From an uncultured bacterium (GTDB lineage Bacteria; Patescibacteriota; Minisyncoccia; UBA6257; 2-01-FULL-56-20): DNA of 64,000 nt. Each line of letters begins with the position of its first letter. The first letter of the stretch is position 1. The notes below the pieces were generated by a model. The model saw only the letters and a list, made by a program, of their open reading frames with translations. It was not told where the DNA came from and did not search any database. The stretch spans positions 102,753 through 166,752 of the forward strand of contig OY970126.1 in NCBI GenBank assembly GCA_963705915.1, in the 5' to 3' direction. This document shows positions 20,254-27,592 of this stretch, piece by piece. The position numbers were made by a program, and so were the translations under genes.

Positions 20254-21263
20254 GTGAACTACGACAGGACATTATATCGGGCGATTGGATGATCCTTGCC
20301 CCGGGGCGCGCAGAGCGACCGCAATTTTTGGACGTAAAAAAGAAGGCACGGAAACCATCGCCAAAAAGCACATGCCCATTTGAAAACCTGCAGGCGTCCG
20401 GCAACTGGCCGCCGATTTTGGTATATCCAGAGAAAAACCTTTTGAATGACAAATGGAAAATCGCCGTGATCCGTAACAAATACCCGGCGCTCATGCCGAG
20501 CAATGTCTGTTCGAAGCCCACGGCGCACGGGATGTATCACGGCATGACAGGAATCGGTGCGCACAATTTGATCATCACGCGTGATCACAATAAAAACTTC
20601 GCCGACCTTGATCGCGCAACGGCAGTGAAACTTTTTGAAATCATACAGGCATGCCACATGCTTGCCTCCCAGGACCAATGCGCAGAATATGTTTCATCAT
20701 TCTTCAACTGGGGACCGACCTCCGGCGCCTCAATCTGGCATCCGCACTATCAAGTGCTCGCATTACCCATGGTTCCGACGCACACCATCAATTCGCTCCG
20801 CGGCGCTCACCGCTATTTTGAACAACATCATCGGTGCGTCCGATGCGACATGATCAAAGATGAGAAAAAAGAGAAGGTTCGGGTGATCGAAGAAAATGCC
20901 CAGGCGATTGCCATCGCGCCATATGCTTCAAAGTCTCCGATGGAGGTTTCCATTATACCCAAAAAGCATTTGCCATCGTTCCGGGAGACACCACAGGCAA
21001 CGGTCGCCGGCGTGGCAACGCTTCTGCAATCGGTCATGAAACGCATCCGCCGCTATGCGAACGATCCGGACCTCAACTTCTTCGTGCATGACGCGCCGCT
21101 CACCCATGGCAATTACCGTAAGCGCGATTATCGCTATCATCACTGGCACGTCGAAGTGGTTCCTAAACTTTCAATTCCTGCCGGCTTTGAGCTTTCAACC
21201 TGGATCGATATCAACACCATCGACCCGGATCGTGCCGCAGCAATTTTGCGCGGAGAGCAATAG
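20250..21263 (+). CDS. galT: galactose-1-phosphate uridylyltransferase family protein (GalT-like HIT-superfamily nucleotidyltransferase)
   Basis: N-terminal Cys/His Zn site (STCPFENL) and HPHYQV active-site motif; ATGA overlap with mrdA. Confidence 0.65.
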   Translation: MSELRQDIISGDWMILAPGRAERPQFLDVKKKARKPSPKSTCPFENLQASGNWPPILVYPEKNLLNDKWKIAVIRNKYPALMPSNVCSKPTAHGMYHGMTGIGAHNLIITRDHNKNFADLDRATAVKLFEIIQACHMLASQDQCAEYVSSFFNWGPTSGASIWHPHYQVLALPMVPTHTINSLRGAHRYFEQHHRCVRCDMIKDEKKEKVRVIEENAQAIAIAPYASKSPMEVSIIPKKHLPSFRETPQATVAGVATLLQSVMKRIRRYANDPDLNFFVHDAPLTHGNYRKRDYRYHHWHVEVVPKLSIPAGFELSTWIDINTIDPDRAAAILRGEQ

Positions 21264-21279
21264 CCTGCGCCGGGGATTC

Positions 21280-21624
21280 ATGAAAAAAATATTACGATAT
21301 CGGACGGTAAGCGCGATTTCTTTTTTCTCGATCATACTTGTCCTCGGTGGCGGCATTTGGGCGATCGCAGCGCTTGCCGCAACAGGCAGTGGCCCGTTCA
21401 TTGTACACTTCGACGATCTGTCGGGGATAACATCCGTTGGTGGCCTTGCCCCCATCATCTTTATGGGCGTCATCGGTCTTATCGTCACCGTTATGAATTT
21501 TTTTATCGCGCTCGAGCTCGAGTCCCGCGACCGGTTTTTAGGGAAACTTACCGTTGCTGGGACGCTTATCTTTGCCGTCTTGCTTTTTATCGCCTTTGCG
21601 GCTATTATTAACGTCAATGTCTGA
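21280..21624 (+). CDS. small membrane protein (3 TM)
   Basis: MKKILRYRTVSAISFFSIILVLGGG...; hydrophobic. ORF track start 21055 lies inside galT in another frame. Confidence 0.4.
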   Translation: MKKILRYRTVSAISFFSIILVLGGGIWAIAALAATGSGPFIVHFDDLSGITSVGGLAPIIFMGVIGLIVTVMNFFIALELESRDRFLGKLTVAGTLIFAVLLFIAFAAIINVNV

Positions 21625-21919
21625 TTTTGCCATCATCCAAACCGGAGGAAAACAATACAAGGTTTCAGCCGGGCAAAAATTGAGAGTAGAGAAGCTTGAG
21701 CCGAAAGGCGACACGGCTTCATTCGACGTTTTGCTCCGTTCGACCGGCGGCAAGGTTGAAGTCGGCACGCCAACGCTTGCGAGCGCCGCTCAAGGCCGCT
21801 TCGTTGGCGACGTCCGCGGCGAAAAGAAGATCATTTTTAAATATCATTCGAAAACGCGTTTCCGCAAGAAGAAAGGACATCGCCAGGATTACACTGAAAT
21901 CGAAATTACGAAGATATAA
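21617..21919 (+). CDS. rplU: 50S ribosomal protein L21
   Basis: MSDFAIIQTGGKQYKVSAGQKLRVEKLE is the conserved bL21 N-terminus. Confidence 0.9.
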   Translation: MSDFAIIQTGGKQYKVSAGQKLRVEKLEPKGDTASFDVLLRSTGGKVEVGTPTLASAAQGRFVGDVRGEKKIIFKYHSKTRFRKKKGHRQDYTEIEITKI

Positions 21920-21950
21920 AAAGAGCTCCGCGAACGGGGCTCTTTTTATT
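21920..21950. terminator. intrinsic terminator between rplU and convergent DUF1761 gene
   Basis: aaaagagctccgcgaacggggctcttttt hairpin with T-run. Confidence 0.55.
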
Positions 21951-21966
21951 GCTATTTGTAAACCGA

Positions 21967-22389
21967 TTAGTGCCACGCGCCGAGGATCGCGCCCATAAGG
22001 CAGAGCCCGACGAGGTAGTAACACACGTTCAAAAGCCAGAGCGTCCAGGGTTTTCCTTCCCAGAGCGTTGGCGTGAGTGTGAGCGGCACCGCAAAACCGA
22101 GCCACATATAGAGCGCGATATGGATGCCGTACGTTGCCGTCCAGATCAAATAATGCGCTTCAGCGGAATTGATAAAAACGGCGAGCACCCAGCTCATAAG
22201 GAGGGCGCCGATCAGCATGAATACATACGACCCGCCCATACCCTTCGCTTTCATACCCTGCATCTTCGAATCACTCATGCCGTTCAATTTTGTCCACGCT
22301 TTTCCGAAGAGCGGGCCATACCACAAGCTTCCGAGGAGCATTTGCACGATCGCCGCAACGATCACAGCCCAATAATTAATAGCAATCAT
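21967..22389 (-). CDS. DUF1761-like membrane protein
   Basis: MIAINYWAVIVAAIVQMLLGSLWYGPLFGKAW... matches DUF1761 N-terminal pattern; 4 TM. Confidence 0.5.
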   Translation of the reverse strand: MIAINYWAVIVAAIVQMLLGSLWYGPLFGKAWTKLNGMSDSKMQGMKAKGMGGSYVFMLIGALLMSWVLAVFINSAEAHYLIWTATYGIHIALYMWLGFAVPLTLTPTLWEGKPWTLWLLNVCYYLVGLCLMGAILGAWH

Positions 22390-22487
22390 GGTTGTTGTAT
22401 TTTTTCGACCCTTTCATACAGTATAGCAATTTGCCTTCCTGTTCCGACTGGCTCTCGGCAGGTTTCAGGGCGTGGTAAAATTTCTCT

Positions 22488-23240
22488 ATGGCTAAATTAC
22501 TTGCGGCGAACTGGAAGGAAAATCCGAATTCGGAGAAAGCAGCGCTCGAACTCTTTCGGGCGGTGAGCCATGGTACTAGCGGCAAGCAACCTGCCATTAT
22601 TGTTTGTCCGCCATTTATCTATCTTGAGAAAATCGCTGATGAGTTTAAGCGATTAAGGGTGAAGAAAAATCTAGCGCTCGGCGCACAGGATGTTTTTTGG
22701 GAAGAACAAGGACCCTTCACGAGCGAAGTGGGGCCAAAAATGTTGAAATCGCTCAGTATGCGCTATGTGATCATTGGCCACTCCGAGCGTCGCCGATGGC
22801 TCCACGAAACCGACGCGATGGTGAATAAAAAAATAAAACTTGCGCTCAAGGATGGTCTTATCGTCATACTGTGTGTCGGCGAGTCGCTCGCGATACGAAG
22901 AAAAGGGGAGAACGTTGCAAAAGATTTTATTAAATCCCAATTAAAAAAAGATTTGGCTGGCGTCCTGCCTGAGAAGATAAAGAAGTCGGTCGTAATAGCT
23001 TACGAGCCCATCTGGGCCATTGGCACCGGGAAATCAGACAAGCCCGTGGACGCTGCACGAATCGCTGATTTCATTAAAAAAATGACGAAGACAAAAGTGC
23101 TCTATGGAGGGTCGGTTAATATCAAGAATATTCGTGATTTTGTACAATTAAGGGAGATTGATGGTGCGCTTGTCGGTGGCGCAAGCCTCAAAGCAAGTGA
23201 GTTCAAAAAAATGATAAAAGTCGTTGCAAAATTACCATAA
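22488..23240 (+). CDS. tpiA: triose-phosphate isomerase
   Basis: AANWKEN, IIGHSERR, CVGESL, YEPIWAIGTGKS motifs. Confidence 0.9.
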   Translation: MAKLLAANWKENPNSEKAALELFRAVSHGTSGKQPAIIVCPPFIYLEKIADEFKRLRVKKNLALGAQDVFWEEQGPFTSEVGPKMLKSLSMRYVIIGHSERRRWLHETDAMVNKKIKLALKDGLIVILCVGESLAIRRKGENVAKDFIKSQLKKDLAGVLPEKIKKSVVIAYEPIWAIGTGKSDKPVDAARIADFIKKMTKTKVLYGGSVNIKNIRDFVQLREIDGALVGGASLKASEFKKMIKVVAKLP

Positions 23241-23252
23241 CCTTTAATCGCT

Positions 23253-24008
23253 ATGGAAAAACAAAAACATTATTTCTGGTTCCTGTTGAACGTTCTCCTG
23301 GTCGTCATGATTCTTGTGGCTGTGTTTCTCGGTATACCGTTTGTCTCGGCAATGAAATCTTCATACGTGCCGGCACGGACGATGACGGTGAGTGCAGAAG
23401 GCCAAACCTCCGCAACCCCAGACCTTGCGGAAATTTCATTCTCGGTTGTCACACAAGGGACGAGTCCTCAAACGTTGAGCACAAACAATACATCAAAGAT
23501 GAATGCGGTATTGCAGTTCGTTGCGTCACAGGGCATTTCGGCGAGCGATACGGCAACGACCGGATACGATCTTGAACCGAATTATCAATACGACACAACG
23601 TCGCAGCGGCAGTACATCACCGGCTACACGCTCACGCAGACCGTGACCGTGAAAATCCACGACTTAACAAAAGTCGCCTCGGTGCTTGGCGGTCTTGCTC
23701 CGCTTGGCGTGAATGAGATCGGCGGCGTGAACTTCACTTTCAACGATCCGGAAGCGGCCCTTGCGCCGGCGCGTGCTGATGGTTTTGCAAAGGCAGAAGC
23801 AAAAGCTCAAGAGATGGCATCGGAAACCGGTGTTTCGCTCGGAGCGATCATCAATGTTTCGGAAAGCGGCACAACGCCTCCGCCGGGACCGATCTATAGC
23901 ATGGCAAGCGGTGGGGGTGCCGCAGTCGGCGAAGCTGTGCCACCAACCATCGAACCCGGCACGCAGGATCTCACGGACAACGTGACGATCACGTATGCGT
24001 TGCAGTAG
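23253..24008 (+). CDS. SIMPL domain (DUF541) secreted protein
   Basis: N-terminal TM/signal; TVSAEGQTSATPDLAEISFSV...YITGYTLTQTVTVKIHDL pattern of SIMPL/26-kDa periplasmic immunogenic protein family. Confidence 0.7.
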   Translation: MEKQKHYFWFLLNVLLVVMILVAVFLGIPFVSAMKSSYVPARTMTVSAEGQTSATPDLAEISFSVVTQGTSPQTLSTNNTSKMNAVLQFVASQGISASDTATTGYDLEPNYQYDTTSQRQYITGYTLTQTVTVKIHDLTKVASVLGGLAPLGVNEIGGVNFTFNDPEAALAPARADGFAKAEAKAQEMASETGVSLGAIINVSESGTTPPPGPIYSMASGGGAAVGEAVPPTIEPGTQDLTDNVTITYALQ

Positions 24009-24043
24009 CCAATCGGCGGTGCGGCTCGGAGCCTCAAGATGCC

Positions 24044-24658
24044 ATGAATAAAACCGACTGGAGAGCAATCCTCATTATTGGCGGTGGTGTTGGCCTGCTC
24101 ATTCAACCCATCCTTGCGAATAATATTCCGGCGGCCGACTTCTCGTATCTCACCCTCCCGTTTCGCATAGGAATATTTTTGTTCTTCTTGATCGCTGCCC
24201 CGGCCGCGCTTGCGCTCGCACGACTGCTCTCCCGTTGGATCAAAGGGCTCTACCAGTTCGCCCAGTTCGCAGCCGTTGGCACGTTGAATAGCTTCATCGA
24301 TGTCGGCGTGTTCAACTTGGAAACATTCCTCCTTGGCACTTCGCTCATCAGCAATACGCTCTTCGCCGCATTCAAAGCAATCTCATTCCTTTGCGCCACA
24401 ACGAACAGTTTCGTGTGGAATAAACATTGGACGTTCGGCTCGCGTGATAAAGCAAGCGCAAAAGAACTTGGAGGTTTTTACGGCGTGGCCGTCGTCGGAT
24501 GGGTTTTGAATGTCACCGCGGCAACCATCGTGAAAGCGATGGGGCCCGTCGACTCACATGTCTGGGTAAACATCGTCGCGCCGTTTGCCGGGATCATCGT
24601 CTCGTTTGCGTGGAACTTTGTGGGGTATAAGTATTGGGTGTTCAAGAAGAAAGATTAA
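24044..24658 (+). CDS. GtrA-family membrane protein
   Basis: FAQFAAVGTLNSFIDVGVF...FVWNKHWTFGS: GtrA signature (WN..W.F). Confidence 0.65.
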   Translation: MNKTDWRAILIIGGGVGLLIQPILANNIPAADFSYLTLPFRIGIFLFFLIAAPAALALARLLSRWIKGLYQFAQFAAVGTLNSFIDVGVFNLETFLLGTSLISNTLFAAFKAISFLCATTNSFVWNKHWTFGSRDKASAKELGGFYGVAVVGWVLNVTAATIVKAMGPVDSHVWVNIVAPFAGIIVSFAWNFVGYKYWVFKKKD

Positions 24659-25606
24659 TTGTATAAAGGTTGTATGGAAAATCCAATAAAAAACGGGGAA
24701 GCGGTTGAGCACGATCAAGAAGCATTAGTAGAAAAAATTTACGACGAGGTATCGGTCCAAAAGAAAAAAGATCCAGCCAATCCCGAAAAAGAAACTCCCT
24801 TGCTTGAAGGCGTTGCCCCTGAGCGAGTGAAGCGTGTCATTCAAGAGTCCTTGGCACGGATGGACAGTTTTATCGAAGCCGCAGATCGGGATGAAGCGAC
24901 CGGGTTGAAGATTGATAAAGAAACCGCAGAAAAAATCGGAGCAATTTGGATTTATTCAGGCGTGGGAACCTACGATCTCCCTTACAAGCCAAATGATAAT
25001 CCACGTCTCCGTAAGTCTTTTATGGCGGGAACGAATCGTGAGCGCATTGACCATACGGTTCTTCTTGCAAGACGTATTGCGGAAGCGCGCAGCGGTAAAC
25101 GGCTACCGCTCAAAAAGGGTGGATCAAAAGAGGAGCGAAAAGCATATACGGAGGCCATGAAGGAAATGATGGCGGAATTTGCTCCCTATATTGTCTTCGG
25201 TGGCCATGAAAATGAGAATCAGGACATCGAAGAAGTCTTGGAGCGTGATGGCATCATCATCCCGCAGGAGAAAGTGAGTATCATTCGCCGGAAGGACGGC
25301 GAGAAAATGTACTCCACGGCAGATCAGGTTGAACATTTCATTTCTCCCGAAGAAGTCAGAGACAAAGAAGTCGCATTCGTCTCGAACGATATTCATTTAA
25401 ATAGGATTCTCCTCATCCTTAAAAAAATAATCGAGAAATATCCTGACCACCTTCCGCAGGGAAAGCCGGTCCATCTATTTCCGACGCCAACGATGCCGAG
25501 TGGCCGCGAAGAGTTCAAGTATATGGAGGCTTCAAATATCATCCGTTACATCTATGATTTCAAACGGGCGGCCGAAGAGCCATATCCATATACCCTCGAA
25601 AGATAA
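24659..25606 (+). CDS. hypothetical protein (possible DUF218/YdcF-like)
   Basis: VSNDIHLNRIL resembles the VTS..H..RA motif of DUF218; otherwise unassigned. Confidence 0.35.
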   Translation: MYKGCMENPIKNGEAVEHDQEALVEKIYDEVSVQKKKDPANPEKETPLLEGVAPERVKRVIQESLARMDSFIEAADRDEATGLKIDKETAEKIGAIWIYSGVGTYDLPYKPNDNPRLRKSFMAGTNRERIDHTVLLARRIAEARSGKRLPLKKGGSKEERKAYTEAMKEMMAEFAPYIVFGGHENENQDIEEVLERDGIIIPQEKVSIIRRKDGEKMYSTADQVEHFISPEEVRDKEVAFVSNDIHLNRILLILKKIIEKYPDHLPQGKPVHLFPTPTMPSGREEFKYMEASNIIRYIYDFKRAAEEPYPYTLER

Positions 25607-25627
25607 TAAAAAAGCCCAGAGCGCCTC

Positions 25628-25656
25628 TTGCAATTTTACGAGAACCCTGCTATAAT
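25628..25656 (+). promoter_or_regulatory. sigma70-consensus promoter TTGCAA-17-TATAAT
   Basis: ttgcaa ttttacgagaaccctgc tataat read directly; no CDS follows before a terminator ~90 nt downstream. Confidence 0.5.
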
Positions 25657-25662
25657 GACCTA

Positions 25663-25750
25663 CGAATGAGTGTGAGTGTGCTTAATTATTTATGAGGCAC
25701 ACGCCCTCTGTTCTATTTGGCCAAAAACCCCGCAAGGGGTTTTTGGTTTA
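25663..25750 (+). ncRNA. candidate small RNA (promoter to intrinsic terminator, ~88 nt) containing 9-codon micro-ORF MSVSVLNYL
   Basis: Consensus promoter upstream; internal hairpin gtgtgc/gcacac; terminator ccaaaaaccccgcaaggggtttttgg at 25721-25746. Confidence 0.35.
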
Positions 25751-25830
25751 TAGCGCCCTGCTTGCTATACTGATAGCGGAGCAGCTAGAGAGCACTCGTT
25801 CAACACAAATAGAACTGGAGGTCACCATAG

Positions 25831-25889
25831 CCGCTCCGCCCAGCACTTTTTGATGCCGTGCGAAAGAGTTCTGAGCGGAGCGGCCTTTT
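25831..25889 (+). terminator. long-stem hairpin plus T-run (second terminator-like element upstream of murB)
   Basis: gccgctccgc ... gcggagcggc stem (10 bp) with ~30 nt loop followed by ctttttatt. Confidence 0.4.
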
Positions 25890-25910
25890 TATTCTATCTA
25901 TCTATAATCA

Positions 25911-26885
25911 ATGACCAAGCGATTTCAGGAAAACGTTTCATTGGCTCCCTACAGCCATTACAAAATCGGCGGCCCCGCGCGATATTTTTTTAACGCAAAA
26001 ACGGAAAAAGATATCGTGTGGGCGATTAAAGAAGCAAAAAAGCTCAAGCTCAAGATTTTTATTTTAGCCGGTGGCACCAATATTCTCATCGGCGATAAAG
26101 GTTTTAACGGATTGGTTTTGCGACCAGATATACAAATAATCAAGGCAAAGGGGACAACGCTCACCGTGGGCGCTGGCGCGCACATGGAGGACGTCCTCAA
26201 TTTTGCGGTAAAAAAATCGCTGTCCGGGCTTGAATGGGCTGGTGGCTTGCCGGGAACGCTCGGCGGCGCGATCCGTGGTAACGCCGGATGTTTTGGCGGT
26301 GAGATTAAAGACAATGTGGTTTCGGTGCGGAGTTTGGACACGAAGACCATGAAAATAAAAAAGCTCTCGCTGAAGGATTGTAAATTTTCATATCGCGACA
26401 GCATCTTCAAGCAAAAAAATGGAACCGAAGTCGTGCTTGACGCCACGCTCCGGCTTGCAAAAGGGGATAAGAAAAAAATCCTCGCGAGCATAAAGGAAAA
26501 AATTGCGCATCGCGTCAAGCATCATCCACTTGAACATCCGAACATCGGGAGCACATTCAAGAATGTGCCGTTATGGATGATTCATAAAAAGGGCAGCAAG
26601 GAATACCATACGGCGCTCGCAAACGCCCGCCTTGTTTGGAACGGTTCAGAGTTTTCCGTGAAGATGGATCCGTTTCCTGTGATTTCGGCAGCCAAGCTCA
26701 TCAGCGAGTCAGGTTTGCGCGGTGTGAGTTTCGGCGGCGCGATGATCTCGCCAAAGCATCCGAATTTCATTGTGAACGTCCTTGAGGCTAACGCCCAGGA
26801 CGTGCAGACGCTCATCGAGCTCGCCAAAGCGGAAGTCGGGAGGCGATTTGGTGTAGAATTAGAAGAGGAGGTGCAAGTGCTCTAG
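25911..26885 (+). CDS. murB: UDP-N-acetylenolpyruvoylglucosamine reductase
   Basis: FAD-binding FILAGGTNILIGDKGFNGLVL; GLEWAGGLPGTLGGAIRGNAGCFGGEI. Confidence 0.9.
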   Translation: MTKRFQENVSLAPYSHYKIGGPARYFFNAKTEKDIVWAIKEAKKLKLKIFILAGGTNILIGDKGFNGLVLRPDIQIIKAKGTTLTVGAGAHMEDVLNFAVKKSLSGLEWAGGLPGTLGGAIRGNAGCFGGEIKDNVVSVRSLDTKTMKIKKLSLKDCKFSYRDSIFKQKNGTEVVLDATLRLAKGDKKKILASIKEKIAHRVKHHPLEHPNIGSTFKNVPLWMIHKKGSKEYHTALANARLVWNGSEFSVKMDPFPVISAAKLISESGLRGVSFGGAMISPKHPNFIVNVLEANAQDVQTLIELAKAEVGRRFGVELEEEVQVL

Positions 26886-26944
26886 ACCTCGTCCAGTCTA
26901 CGTTGTCGAACAACACAGGTTGGGGGTAAACCATAATAACCATA

Positions 26945-27265
26945 ATGAAAATAACTATCACAAAGGCGAGTGACCTTACGCCGTCACTGTCGATTTACAT
27001 CGAAACCAAGTTTGGCAGCCTTGCAAAGTACGTTAAAAAATTTGACGAAAAGGGCGAAGCGGAAATCTGGCTCGAAGTTTCCCGCACGTCGCAGCATCAT
27101 CGGAAAGGAGAGGTGTTCAAAGCCGCTGCAGATCTTCGCTTGCCCAAAAAAATTTTGCGTGCAGAAGAATATGCCGATGATATTCGCGTTGCGATTGATC
27201 GCGCGCGCAACACGTTGCGATTAGAAATTGAAAAATACAAAACGAAACGCGAGCGACAATCGTAA
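26945..27265 (+). CDS. hpf: ribosome hibernation promoting factor (HPF/RaiA, short form)
   Basis: MKITITKASDLTPSLSIYIETKFGSLAKYVKKFD...AAADLRL...: sigma54-modulation/S30AE family pattern. Confidence 0.8.
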   Translation: MKITITKASDLTPSLSIYIETKFGSLAKYVKKFDEKGEAEIWLEVSRTSQHHRKGEVFKAAADLRLPKKILRAEEYADDIRVAIDRARNTLRLEIEKYKTKRERQS

Positions 27266-27592
27266 GTTATCCACAGCAAGGGCGAAGTGCGATTCTATAT
27301 ACTGAAAGTATAGAACTTTCGAACTGCGAGGCCGCGTGCCCGGTTCGAAACATAATTGGGGTGGTCGGCAACCCAAAAAAAAGAAAATAAAAACTGCTAT
27401 GGCAAAGAAAAAGCGGAAAGCGGCGAAGAAGAAGACCACAAAGCGGAAAGCAAAGAAGAGCCGCCGCAGATAGCATCGATTGTCACAAAATGCTTCGGAG
27501 CAATCCGGGGCATTTTTGTTTGCGGGCGAACGTCGCCGATCGGGCCGGAAGCCACTTTTCGGAATCGTTTAAATGATTTATAATAATGGCCT

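Noticed and set aside
25897-25910. TATAAT immediately upstream of murB as a leaderless promoter
   Set aside because: Only 2 nt separate the hexamer from the ATG, so a TSS 6-8 nt downstream would fall inside the ORF. Probably just AT-rich sequence.
27356-27583. 75-aa ORF MGWSATQKKENKNCYGKEKAESGEEEDHK...
   Set aside because: Driven by a purine-rich tract. Another frame holds the polybasic micro-ORF. No RBS, low complexity.
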